A program made the translations under genes and the position numbers. Below the pieces are notes generated by a model. It had not been told where the DNA came from, made no database searches, and was given only the letters and a program-made list of their open reading frames with translations. A stretch of 64,000 nt of DNA from Octopus sinensis (lineage: Eukaryota), in contig NC_043019.1 of assembly GCF_006345805.1 (NCBI RefSeq), positions 9,051,360 to 9,115,359 of the forward strand, in the 5' to 3' direction. This document shows, piece after piece, positions 25,661-40,319 of this stretch; positions within the stretch are counted from its first letter, which is position 1; the number at the start of each line of letters is the position of its first letter.

Positions 25661-26213
25661 GCCGTAGGTGAAGGATGATAATGTAACAAATGTTCCTGGC
25701 TGTGGCGACGGCGACAGTGTTTCCTGAAATGGCGGTCGGTCGGTCGTCGGTCGGTTGGTTGGTTAAGATGGCTGCACTAAAAGACGTATCACTTACGTTA
25801 CAATTCCGTAGGATATGGAATTAAATCGAGAGAAGCTCTCGGTCTTTGTGAGTTTCTCTTCTTTTTGTTTCTTCTCTTTTGATCGCGTAAAATCGACAAA
25901 CAGAAGGTGAAGTACACCCTTCGTTGAAACATTACTCAGTCGTCTGGGTCGAGGTGACCCGTAAACATCACGTTGAAGAAGGCACTAAGTGCTTAGGAGG
26001 AACAGCTAGACATAGCAGCGTAATATCTCTCGAATTCAATAGAGCTGAGTTGGGGGTGGGGATCAGGTACTCGTTGAAACTTAGTTTAGGGAACGGTGTG
26101 TATGAAGGCAAGGCAGAAGAGTTAAAATTAGGTCTTTGATCATCATATATATCAGCTGCATCAATTCAGAATATTAGGCCAAGAAAACCCATATATGGAT
26201 ATGTATATATATA

Positions 26214-26253
<40 letters not shown>

Positions 26254-26292
26254 AGATAGATAGATAGATAGATATACATATATGTGTGTATA

Positions 26293-26343
<51 letters not shown>

Positions 26344-27154
26344 TATAATACATATATGTATGTATGTGTGTGGTATTATATGTATGTATGTGTGTATGTA
26401 TGTTTGTGTGTATGTATATAGCTATAGCTTCTCTTTTATTTTTCCAGTCATAAAACTGTGGCCATGCTGGGGTAGCACTGTAAAGAATTTATTCGAAGCA
26501 AACTGATCCGGTAACTTTTCATAAAGGCTTATTCTATCGCTTCTCTTTTGGCGAACCGCTATATTCTGAATACGTGAACAATTCGAGTGGTGGCGGGACA
26601 CAAAGGCAGACACAAAGTCACAGATGTAATAAGAGAATGCATACGCATGTTTGTGTATATGAATTAGAGAGAGAGAAAGAAAGAGAGAGAGAGACAGGCA
26701 GACAGACAGATACATACATACATACACATGTACACATATATACGTTTATATATATTCTTATACATAGATATACATACATACAACTATAAACATATGTAAA
26801 TAAATGAGTAAGATGGCAGCACTAAAAGACCTATTCCTTAGGTTACTGTTCCGTATATAAAATATAAAGAAGATCCAGTTGGATTCGGAACTTAAATTGT
26901 GGCACGCCGTTACGTCAGAATAATGAACCCACACAACAGTTTTAAGTAAATATCGAACTTTGTACATAAGTACCGGCCGAATGATATTCTTGCTGCGTAT
27001 GAAGAGAATGAGACCGAGTTGAGTGAAGGAATTCGCTCCTGCGTTATTCAGACATGTACATTCTATTAAATACACGGTCCATAATATTTATTAATGGCAG
27101 ATTCCGAGACAGGTGAATAAAGTATAAGTGGCTAACTGTAGATATACAGTTGTC

Positions 27155-27221
27155 AATCCATTATGTCCGTTTCTAACGGCTCCTTTACTGGATTAAAGAA
27201 ACCGTTTTCATCAGATGGATT
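27155..27221 (-). ncRNA. Type I hammerhead with 7-bp stem I and 12-bp stem II
   Basis: AATCCAT-CTGATGA-A-AACGGTTTCTTT-AATCCAGT-AAAGGAGCCGTT-A-GAAA-C-GGAC-A-T-A-ATGGATT. Position 16.2 is A (C-A mismatch, possibly CpG decay). Confidence 0.75.
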
Positions 27222-27360
27222 CATGAACTTCAAAATTAAAAACATTCAGAAAGATTCAACATAGTTTAAAATCCATGGAACAAAATCATTTAGAGGGATT
27301 CTGCTACTATTTCAGTTGACAGAATGGATTTACCAGATATTCATCTGTTATGTTTTAACT

Positions 27361-27806
27361 TTTATTTGCGTCAGTCATTCGGTGGTGGCCATCCTGAGGC
27401 AGCACCTTGAAGAATTTTATTTTTATTTTTCGAATGAAAAACTAAGCGACACCAGTTCTTAGTTTTTGTAAAACCTGGTACTTAATTTTATCGGTGTGTT
27501 TTGCCGAACCGCTCAACAACTAGTTGTCAAGCGGTGGTGAGGGAGAAGAACAAGCACAAAGTTACACACACACACACTCTTTTCCTCCTCCTTCTCTCTC
27601 TCTCTCTCTCTCTCACATACACACGATAACGAACACACACGTATGTATGTATTTGCGACGGGCTTCTTTTAATTTCCGTCTACGAAATCCACTAATATGA
27701 CTTTGGTCGCTCCGTAGCTATAGTAGAAACACTTGCCCAAGATTACACGCAGCAGGACTGAACCGGGAACCATGTGGTTGGGAAGCAGCCTTATTCCTTC
27801 ACAACC
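27361..27806 (-). mobile_element. SINE family B, diverged full-length copy
   Basis: Head 'ccacatggttcccggttcagtcc', core 'ttgggcaagtgtttctactatagc', tail 'gcggttcggcaaaa..ccgataaaattaagtacc'. Confidence 0.8.
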
Positions 27807-28739
27807 AATTCCTTTCAACAAATCAAAGAAAGGCACTTTTACTGCAGAACCATCAAATTGACACACGTAAATACACGAATAAACATGAAGATGCGTGTGT
27901 GTGTGTGTGTGTGTGTGTGCGTGCGTGTATGTATGTGTGTGTGTGTATGTGTGTGTGTGTGCCTTCAGTTATGTATACATTTATACATTCATATGGATTA
28001 AAAGGAACGCTCACACTTATACACATAATTAAACACATACACTTACACAAACACACATACACATTTAAATAAGCACAGCTACACAGCTATGCATACTTAT
28101 TTGTATGTATGTAGCTATGCATGTATGTACGTATGAATATGTGTGCGTGTCTCTGTGCTGCCATATATTAATAATATCTTAATATTTTCCAAAGATCGCA
28201 AACATATTTCGTGCAAGGAATTTTTAGCAGACAATTCAACGTGGATGAACACAATTAATACTCAGCCGTAATTACAGAATGACATATAATGATCTGGGCT
28301 TTTGATAATTTATGCAGCAGTGTACCCTATGCTTATAAAGCACTGCTTAAGCACTTCAAAATGACATGACTTAACATAATGGGAAATTTGAAAGCAACGG
28401 TTCAATATCCGACATGACTGCCATCTCTTGCCAACACGGATAACTATAACTCTCCTACATGCAATTATTTCTGCTCTGTTTTTTTTTAAAGTTCCTTGCA
28501 TTATGGTTTCTTTCCTTCCTGCACTGAAGAGTATGATGACATGTATTTGATTTAATTCAATCAGGAATTTATATGGTTATATCTTTGTACGAAACGATCG
28601 TTTGCAAGAATTAAGCTTCGTATAAATTTTAACAACTTCTTTCCGCCAATTTTAACGAATTTGATGGGATTTATGTAACTTCATGCCATAAATTCATCAT
28701 ACAATATACATATACATACATATATATATATATACATAC

Positions 28740-28802
<63 letters not shown>

Positions 28803-30044
28803 TGTTCGTATTTATGTGCATTGAGTTATATTACACTAATGGTGGGGAAAAAGGGGATTTCCCCTTATTCCTGAACTCAATTGATATGAAATTGAACTTT
28901 TTCGTGATACTTTTTCGTTTATTTGCTCGCGTTCAGCGCATGTTTATTGTGATATTTTAAGCTAGTTTAGAGATATTTGGCGTCTTCGTTCAGCATGTGG
29001 CTAGGCCTATGTATTTACTCGCTTGTCCTTAATATAAATTCATATATATATGTGTGTGTGTGTGTGTATTGCGTACGTATACTTTGGTCTTTTATATTTA
29101 AGTATATATATATCTCTCTCTCTATATCTCTCTATATATATATGCATACACATATAGGTATGCATGTATATATGTAAATATATAAAGATATGTGCGCATG
29201 CGCAAGTGTGTGTAGTTGATACATACAACAAGTATTTCGAAAATATCATTTTTGCTTGGAATTTGATGAGTATACAAAAAATTAATATTAAGCTCAATTA
29301 TATATTTAATTTTAATGAAATATGATGAAAGGGAAATCCATAATAAACACAATACTGTTTATATATAGTAAAATATCTTAAAACAAATATATTATACATA
29401 GATTAAATATTAACACACTGAGTGTGTTTCTGGTATCAACATGAATCAAAAAGACTAGCGCTATTCCTTCATCACCGGAAAACGAAAAAAAAAATATAAA
29501 AGCCTTTCATGAGACAACTAATAACTTTAAACAAAATGGCGGATAAAAATCAAGAAGTGACGAAAGAATTCATAAATTCCAGAAGCCACTAATGCTGCTT
29601 ATCGCTTGTAACAGCTTCAAAAAGTAATCTGATAGCAAAATATAACATTAAAAAATAATTTACAATCCACTGACGGATATGCGCGTTATAACAATAATAT
29701 CTGAGATGATATCTCACATTATTTGGAAAGAAATCAATTTTTTTAACATAGAACTGAATGACCATGGAGTAATTATAATCAATAGTTGGTGTGATAGTAT
29801 AATTAGAGCCGAGGTTTACTGGAGTGGTGATGTTAGATTAATGATATATACGAAGGCAAAACGTGCAGATGACTGCATTGTTCGTGGAAAAACAAAAATG
29901 GTAAAAAACTGAAGCAAAGCTTGAGTTCAGATAGAATATTAAACATATGTACATATTGATTATAATATATGTAAAATAATGCCTCAAAGTGCACCACACA
30001 GGATTAGTTTTATCGTATATATATATATCGCGTATCAGTTCATT

Positions 30045-30114
<70 letters not shown>

Positions 30115-30115
<1 letters not shown>

Positions 30116-30432
30116 TCTCTTAGTCTCTTTTTACACTTTTTACTTTTTACACTTTTTACTGCGGACATGCTGGAGCACCGCCTTTAGTCGAGCAAATCGA
30201 CCCCAAGACTTATTCTTTGTAAGCCTAGTACTTATTCTATCGGTCTCACACACACATACATATATATCTACATATATGCGACGGGCTTCTTTCAGTTTCC
30301 GTCTACCAAATCCATTCACAAGGCTTTGGTCAGCCCGAGGCTATAGTAGAAGAAACTTGCCATGCTGTGGGACTGAACCCGTAACCATGTGGTTGGTAAG
30401 CAAGCTACTTACCACACCGCCACTCCTGCGTC
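30115..30432 (-). mobile_element. SINE family B with internal deletion
   Basis: Head 'gacgcaggagtggcggtgtggtaagtagcttgcttaccaaccacatggttacgggttcagtccc'. Lacks the segment between the microsatellite and 'gagaccgatag'. Confidence 0.85.
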
Positions 30433-30484
<52 letters not shown>

Positions 30485-30547
30485 TATATACATATATACA
30501 TATATACATATAAACATATATAGATACATATATAAACACAGACGCAG

Positions 30548-30579
30548 CTAGATAGGTAGGGAGATAGATAGATAGGTAC

Positions 30580-30655
<76 letters not shown>
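30548..30655. repeat. (GATA)n microsatellite
   Basis: Direct reading. Confidence 0.95.
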
Positions 30656-33600
30656 GATGAGAGAGCGAGAGAGGGACAGTGAGAGGGAGAAGGTGGACGG
30701 TGAGAGAACAATGAGGCAGAGGGAAGGTGAATTAGAGTGAGTTAGAGAGAAAGAAAGAATGAAAGCACGTAAATGACTTGCAAAAGAGCGATAAACAACC
30801 GTGTCTTTGCTCCATCGCGTGTCGGTTCATTTATTGGTGCAGCGCATTCATTAACTAAATTACTAATCGGCCACGCAGTGTTGCTCATTATCTCGATGTA
30901 GTTGTGTATTAATTAGGTATTTGAAGGTCACACTTGCCTAATTGTGTTGTAGGATTTCATTCGCAACTTCACTATTTAAATGTGTATTCATATAAATGTA
31001 TATATTTATATAACTGTATAGATTTATGTAAATGCATATGTTTATATAAAGGTATATATTAATATATTTATATAAATGTATATACTTATATATTTATCTA
31101 AATGTATATATACATTCATGTATATATATATATATTCATATCAACGTATATATTCATAAGTGTGTTGCGATTATTGTATTAGAGATTCTTGAGCAGATTG
31201 TTTCTTAAACTTTCTTCACTCGACACGTTTATCTTTATTTTCATTTTCTCAGACGAATTGCGACGTGACAATCGTGCGAATCGATTTCACTAATATTAAT
31301 GAACAGATTCAATAATAAATAAAATAACCCAGAAAGTATAAAGCAACAAACAATTCGAAAAGAACAAATTGGACAAAAATTTTAAAAAGTGCCTTATTTG
31401 AATATCGCCGAATTCTGGACGAGTCGTATTAATTTCTGTGAAAACAACATTGAAGCGTCTCACTGATTGTTCATTTGACAGCCGTCGCATCTTTATTTGC
31501 AGTAAATCTTTACTCAAGTCCGATTTCAAATCCTGAGTTAAATTTACCAAATAAAGAACTACCCAAAGAGTCGTTTAATGAAGTTCATAATTTTTACGAC
31601 ATTTTTTATTACCGTATCTAATTATTAAGAAATTGATTTAAATATTAATGCATCTCACATCATACAATAAGTGAATGTTTTATGTGCAGCAGTTGCAGAT
31701 GGAAATTTAGTTTGAAATCTGACATATTTTGCGGTTCTTATTGCCACAGCATTGACATATATCCCAACACAATAATTCTCTTCGTGATCAACATCCTTAA
31801 AAAAAGTGATACCCCTTTTAGGAAACAGCTTCCGCTTTTGTATATCATTCAAGTGAGTGGCAAAGAGCAGTAATTGCTCTTGCACGCTGCTTTCATGTAC
31901 ATATCTTCCATGGAGCAGAAATTAAGGCACATTTATGGAGTCCATCGATTCTCGTAACCCAGCTGGCTCTAAATCGAAGTGTTTCTTTTTGTGGCACGAA
32001 TTGGTTTTTGCTGATTTTTGTTATTCTACCACATACTAGATCATGTCACCGTGCAAAGCTTTCTGATTCCACCCACTTAGGTCGGCACTTGGCTCTATAT
32101 GCCACAAGCAACGCAATGTTTGTGGTTTTAAATATTTTGTAATCATAAATGAGGCTTCATATAATGCCATTAATTATTTTTCTTGAACCAGTTTATGTTT
32201 CACAAAAATTTGTCTTCGTACTTTCGAGGATTTGAAATATATTTAAAAATAAACAGTGAAGACTTATCTGCAAAAGATCTACGGCTACTATCAAAAGGTT
32301 ACAGACTTTAAAATGAAGCAGACTGGGCGGTGCTCTTTATAGTTCAGAGCCAAGGTACATCACAAAAAGCTTTCGTTGCACTCTCTTCCTTTGGGGCGGG
32401 GTTCTTTAATTTCTATAATAAATTCCTGTTACTGTTCTTCAAAGAATATTTATTGCATCAATGTTTTGTGGCATGCTCACTTCTCGTAAGTTTAACCAAC
32501 AATCTATGCAGAAGTATTTCCAGTTGTATATGATAAAAATCTAACATTTTGAAAATAAAACAAAACATTTAGTTAAAACAGTGTCTAACTCGAGTTAGTC
32601 AATATGAATTCATGTTTATAAATTGTATACTAAATTTAAAATTAAAATAGTTTAAGTATTGTTTTTATATTCATTGACTTAACATTTTAATATAAGCATA
32701 TTATATGATATAAATTTACACTGGAAATTAAATGAATGCCTCTTTATTGATAAGTAGTTCACACAATTGTGACAATTAAATTAACATCAATACCGATTAT
32801 TCTGTCACTCTGCCTATGTTATTATTTCCAGGTCGATAATTTAAAATTAAAAAAACATTATTTTTGTAAACATATTCTATTAACACTATTCACAAAACGT
32901 TTCCTTCTCTGCTGACCTGTTAATATACGTTTGATGAATGTACGATACCATGTGTCATGTATCACACCATCAAACCAAATACACTAGAAAGCATTATAAA
33001 ATTCAAAAACATTCTTTATACCAAGCTTACACATATAACTACTGATAGAAACTATGGTAACACCTCGTTTGTAAATGTTCGGTGGTTCCATAACGAAATG
33101 GTTGTAGCATATCTAGAAGACATCAGATATCGTTATTCGCAATATATAATGTGAGGATGCTAAAAAACCTGAACAGGAACCAAACAAGGGTCTGTCCACC
33201 TCACTTTTGTTCTGTTCTTTAATTTTCTATTTTTACTCATTTTTCATGTTGTAGAGACAAATTCTCAAACCTGTATACTTTAAAGCTTTATAGACAGATA
33301 AAATCCTCTGATAGACGAAGCAAAGAAACGTCAGTATTCTTCATGGACATCAATAATCTTTATTCGATTCTCCTCAGTTTATCGTAAAACCTGTGTTAGC
33401 GCCTGCGCTGTGTGGATTGCGCTACAATATTGTGAAATAATACGCAATAAGTTTTGTAAAAGTTGGATATTGGAAAGGGATTATGTACAATATGTGTTCT
33501 TTGTCTTCCATTCGGAAGTAACTGCTTCAATACGCAGAGAGGGAGGCATATTGCCGATGTTGTCAATGCCATCGGAATTGTTGTTATTGTTCAAAACATG

Positions 33601-35345
33601 CCAGTTTCCCATCATCATTATTACCATCATATATATATATTTTTGTCTTGCTCATTGTTCTAATTATTATTGGTATTCATGTTAATTTCATGTGCCGCAT
33701 ATTTCAAATGCTAGACGATTCCTCTTAGACGGCTCGGATTATTATTGGAGTAAGAATGGACCAGGTTTTCCTTCAGGCTACAGATAATTTTGACCTAATA
33801 CTTGCTTATTATATCAGAACACTTTTCATTGGTCTTCGTCGTCGTCTGATCATACATGTCTAAAATTATTATGAGTTTGGCCAAGCCGTTATCCTATAAC
33901 CTATTTGGTTACACTTAACCGTTTTGTATTCCATGTTTTAGTGCATTACCGAATCAACGGATCTACTTAGTTGTTTGTATCTAAATCCTGACAACAGTCG
34001 AACTTGGCAAAGTAAGAGCACCAGGAAATGAATACTATTTCTTGGTATTAGTTCCATAACCCGAAGTTGGTGTACGTATGTATTTTCTTTATTTCATTTC
34101 TATTGCCACATAAGCGTGGTCCCTACGTAGCTAAGATTCTTCGATGCCTATAAGGCTGTTTTTATCTTCCATTTCCCCTGTAGATATTTCATTATTTACC
34201 ATATTGATATACAATGATTTGATGTTATTTCTTAGGCTGTTTCATTTAAGTAGAATGTTTGCATTATCCTTGAGTGTGGCATTCTATTAAATGCTAGTCA
34301 TTAAAGCATCTAGGTAATACTAAGTCATCTTACCTATTTTTGCACCTTACACCTACAAAAACTTGGCTTCCCGGGACCCTATATGTTCCTCCGTTAAATA
34401 CATCATTCTTGTCTCCTTGATGAATAAAATTGTTTCGTGGGGCCTCTGATATTTTCGATTTGGAGAATTCAAATCGTTTGCTCCTTCAGCCGCCAATCAA
34501 GTCTTACGACTCATTTGCTTTCCAGTGTATTCCATAATCACGTTACGTATCGGGCTATCAAGTACTTCAACAAGATTTTATGGTGGTTTCAACCAAAGGA
34601 CCTCTCAAGTTACTTATATTATTTAATGCATTCTTCTTTCCGGTTACGCTGCAGTAATGTCCGCGATGCAATTATATTTTGTCTTTTTACTTTTTATTCA
34701 GTTTCGGTGTTTTACATTCTGCTCAATGTGTCTCTTCTAAATTTCTCTCAATCTGCTTCAATTTTTGTTGATATATTATTTCTTTGTAGTTGTTATTGCT
34801 CTTGGTGTTGTTGCTGTTTTTGCTACTGATATCGTTAACTCCATTTTTAACTTTTCAGTGTGTGTAGGTTTGAAAAAAATGATAAAAGGACAGTATATGT
34901 CTAAGGTGGTGCAGACAGAGGATAAAATAAAGAATATGTCCTCAGGTTGCTAGTAATTAGAGATAACTGATATCATGGTAGAAATACGCTCAAAGGTGCT
35001 TAGAGTAACCAGCCATTTAGACAGGCACACACACATACACATACACACACAGATATAGATGCAAAACATATTTACTCAAACATAGGTATAAACATGCTTT
35101 CACAAAAATATCGACGCAGACACAAAATACATACACACACGATCCTAGATACATAGAAACGAGCACAAATATCTTCGTATACAGAGAAATATAAATATAT
35201 ACACAGTCAAACACAAAACAAAGAAACAAACTTGCAAGTGCACTGGCTCTCAGCACGAAGACAGACATAGATACATACACAAACATATCAACACAGGGAT
35301 ACACAATCAAGATGAGAACTAAAAAAAACATAAAAGTAAATAGCA

Positions 35346-35393
<48 letters not shown>

Positions 35394-35716
35394 ATATATA
35401 TATATATATACAGGAGATAAATATTTCTTTTTAATTATCTAAATGAAATGAAACATATCGTTATAAAAAAAATTAGATGTGCAATGATCTCGTCTATTTA
35501 CCTCGGGTAATGTCTACCTAATGTACGCGATAGGATGGTTGGCAAAAGAAATAGAAAGAAAAGAAATGACTGAATCAAAAATGATAGTGTAACCGGAAAC
35601 AGATAATGCATTCGAAGCTTCCTGTCTGTCTTTCAGATTATGAAATCGCAAAGTCGTAATATTACTGTAGCTACTTAAAGAGTAAATACATATAAGCATA
35701 TGTATATATATATATT

Positions 35717-35780
<64 letters not shown>

Positions 35781-35944
35781 TAATATATATCTACGTATGT
35801 GTGTATGTATGTATAAATCCTTTTAGTGAAAACTGAATATACATACATATACTGATATATATATACATATATATATACACAAATATATATATACTTATAT
35901 ATATATACACATATGTGTGTATATAGTCATATATGTATATATAA

Positions 35945-36009
<65 letters not shown>

Positions 36010-38507
36010 ATTATATATATAATGCTCCAACATGATTGCAGCTGTATGGCTGAAGCGAATAAAAGAATGGTTGTGTGTGTGTGTGTTATGTGTGTTGTGT
36101 GTGTGTGTGTGTCTGTGGTGTTTGCGGGTTTTGAATATTCGTATGTATATGCGCGCTAATTTATGTAGAAATGAAACATATATACATATCTGCACATGTG
36201 TGTCTGTCTGTGCGTATGCCTGAATGTATATATATGTATGTAGATATAACATGGCATGAGACCTTTGCCAGAGTGTCTCCAGGTCATATATTTACATGAA
36301 CGCCGTTATACTTAATGCTATGAACAGAGAATTAATAAGAACTAATTGAATTATAACTTCAATGAGGAAAAAAATGTCATTAACGTTAATGCTACATGTT
36401 TTCAAATTGGTGAGGGTAAAGAAATCCCGATGGTTCAAGTAACACACAGTTTAATGGAAATAAGTAGAAGGGGAAACGTGAGTGGTTCTTGGTAGATCGA
36501 ATGACCTCTCTTGATATATTTCTGTTTTATTAGGTCTCTTCAGCGAGTTATAGTGAAATGTATCTACCTAAAACAAAGCGCAAAAATATCATTTGTGTGT
36601 TTGTGTGTGTGTGTTTGCGTGTGTGTGTGTGTTTGTTGTGTGTGTGTGTGTGTAAGTGTGCAATCTGTATATCTTAGTAAATGTGGATGTGTTATGAGAG
36701 TGCCGAATATTGTCATATTCTATTTGAGAGGTTTTCTCATATAAATGAACAGTGCAAAAAGAGTCGTTATTTATCGTAGCAAGCAACTATTGAACGGAAA
36801 TCGCATCGAGACTACCTGATCACGTGATATCAACGTACTGCGCTTCCTCAGTGAAAGACCTCCAGCTCTACATGCCATCCAAATCTCGCTGCTAACTGTA
36901 TATGGAATAACATTGACTTTTCATTCTAGCATCTATTTCTAACAAGTCTACTTGTTGATGCGACACCAATTTCAACAATTTATATTTTTGTAGTGTCATA
37001 AATAGAGATCAAAAATATTCTCAGTAAATTTCAAAGCAAATTCGCTAAAAGTAGAATGTATTGTAATGTAATATAAACTTTAATGGGTTGTTGCTATGTG
37101 GATGATATTTTAAATGACAGATTTGTGTATCCGAGAAGAGGTTGGTTTCAAATTTGTAATTCTTAATAAGTAATTTAGTGACAAACTGTCCAAATGAAAT
37201 TAAGTATAAGATCATTAAAGAATCGTTGAATTGGGGCGTAATGGATGCTGTTATACATACATATATATACATACACACATACATACAAACATACATACAA
37301 ACATACATACATACATGCATACAAACATACATGAACATATATATTTTTATCTTTTACTTATCTTTTACTCGTTTCATGCATTGTACTACGGCCATGCTGG
37401 GGCACGACCTTGTGCAAAAACTATCAAACAGGTCGATTGCAGAAATAAATAAAACAAATACTCTATGATAAACGGTGAGGAATTAAATATCTAAAAATGT
37501 TAGCGGAAATTGAAATTGTATCCGAATTATATAATACAATGACGCGAATATATCCTCAGATAAAAATAGCTTCGTACGAGAGCAGAAATATGATTATAGG
37601 ATATCTATAAATATAGATATTAATACTGAAATGCTAGAAATAGCTATACAGGATGCTATCATAAAATAATATCTTTGTAGTTTGTGTTAAAGAAGAAAAA
37701 TAACAAAATCCTCAAGACGAAGAAATTTTTACAATGCGGAAAGAGAATGTTTGACAATATTTATATATTTCAGGCACAAATGCCCATTGTCAGAAGCAAA
37801 CACTCAAGAAATGTTAGTCTAAGCATTATCGGTTCCAGTGATCAATATGATAGCTATTGTTTACTTCTGATGATGCGCCTTTGCGCTTGAAATATTTAAG
37901 GTTATAAAACTTTGTTTTAGCTTTTTGTCATCGAAGTCCTCCATCGTTTTAAATAGTTTGTTATTTCACTGTCAAAAAGATTTCAATGATCTCCGTTGTA
38001 CGAATTTAAGGGTTTCTTAATTTTTATAACCAACATAATAATACCTGATATCATACATTTTTGTTAAGTTGATATCTTTTAAATTAAGGTCTTATGAATA
38101 TTAAAAGCGAATTGGACCTGATTCTACTCTGGATGCGCAAAGAGTGTAAATGGTGGTAAAACCCTAAATTTGAATAGATTCAGCATCAAAGAATAATCAT
38201 TTGTCTGGAATTTGAGAGCAGAGCAGAACCGAATCCATCTAGACAGTCTTAATCTATATTTATAGATGATAAGAATAATTTTGCACAAAAGCTGTCTATA
38301 GATTGATAAACTCAGCATAACTGAAAATATTTTCACGTTTGGGTAAAAATACTATTTAAAGTCTCCCACAAATATTTTCTCCTAAACTTAGACAGGAGAA
38401 TATATTTAACAATAACCACAAATGTATTCAATACACATGCCTGCGTATGTTGTAATTTTATCTATATACATATAACGTATATATATATATATCTCTATCT
38501 ATCTATC

Positions 38508-38597
<90 letters not shown>

Positions 38598-38651
38598 CAT
38601 AAATATATACATATGTGTGTGTGTTATATGAATAAGTAGTCTGCATATACA

Positions 38652-38707
<56 letters not shown>

Positions 38708-38739
38708 ATATAGATAGATAGATAGATAGATAGATATAG

Positions 38740-38815
<76 letters not shown>

Positions 38816-40319
38816 TGTATACATATACATATACAGGGACAAACATTCACAGATGCATATATGCATTTCATTTGTAGGATAAAAAAAGACTCCATAAAAA
38901 TACGTGTGCATTGGTGAGACTTGTGCGTGTGTATGTGCGAGTGTAGAAATAATTTCTCAGTTCCAAACATGTCTCGTAATTGTTTCCTTTTTTTTGTAGG
39001 TGTGTCACCGCAATGCATCGCAAACGAAGTCTAAAATGAAACAGGTACAAAATTTACAATCCACGATCAATGAGTTATTTCTATCCCGCTGCTTATTTCC
39101 ATTTAATTTTAGTGAATTACAACGTCGTGGAATTATTGCGGTTTGTCCCCCTGAATAGTAAATTTCTTCAACTTTAATGAATTTGCTATTATTTCTATCA
39201 CGGCTACGATTTCACTTGATTAAACATTATTTTCATTTCACAACAATTACTGTGTCAGCCTGAACTTAACTGTGTGTTCTTCATCCTGAAGGCAGCCTCA
39301 AGATATTTTCCAGTGTCATCTGAGATATACGTTCACGTGCCTGCACTGACTCATACTTGCTCACATGCATAAACACACGGCAATTACACAGAGACACACG
39401 GCACACACAACACACATACACACACATACCCCCTACACACACACGTTCACATAAACTAACTCTTCTTGCTATAGCAGTTTTATCATTTCAAACACAAGAT
39501 GCTCAGTCAAATATTTATCTATTTCCGATTGGTTTCATCGATTTGATATGTTTTTTCTTTTACTTATTTTAAACATTTCTTTCGCTTTAACTACATTCGT
39601 TATCTTTTCCACCCCGACCGGTTACATTAAATCGAAATTGCTCGTGGTGTATAAACTAGAACATTGAACCGCTAATTATACAAACTTACGAGGCGTCACA
39701 TTTGATTTTAGGTAATTACTGAAATTGTTATTCTTAACTAATTTGTTTTTGTATATGTTTTTCTGCTGACATTTTTATGTATTTTTCACCTTATCTCGAA
39801 TTTTATCTGTATGTTTGCGTATCTGAATGTTTTTAGGTTTGTATACTTATATATATATATTTGTCTCTTTGTGTGTTTTTGTATACATACATCTGTGTGT
39901 ATGTATGCGATTATTTCGAAAACCCTGTTGGATTTATCATTCCACAATAACGTTTTACGCATTAGTTCTACACTATGAGCAACACGGAGATATTTGCTGT
40001 GAATCTTTCACTAACTTTGCATAAGATAACTTTCTCTTCAACGTCGTACACCATTTCCTATAAACACAAATTCCCCGCCTTCCATTTTGTGGAGCTGCTT
40101 AGAAAGCATTTTGGTTACTTACCCTTATTTATTTCTATAACATTAATTACATTTTTTCTTGTGTTTGTTCTCGTTTTCCATTTTAATCGGTTCCAAGAGT
40201 GAAATTTATATAACTAAAACCCCATTTTTACAGTTAAAATTATTATTTTTGAAATAGATATCCATGTCTTTTTTCCACTTGCATTTTCCTGCCATTTTAA
40301 CTGAAATATTGGTTTCAAC

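Noticed and set aside
25726-25796. 71-nt minus-strand intron (GTAAGT..CTTAAC..TTTCAG)
   Set aside because: The signals look good, but splicing joins the upstream open frame to the poly-Ile frame, while the His-rich frame has a stop 27 nt upstream.
29536-29610. aaaATGGCGG start giving MADKNQEVTKEFINSRSH*CCL, faintly MADF-like
   Set aside because: A stop after 18 codons and too little similarity to support a call.
34000-34700. Possible decayed minus-strand LINE
   Set aside because: No diagnostic RT or EN motif could be read.
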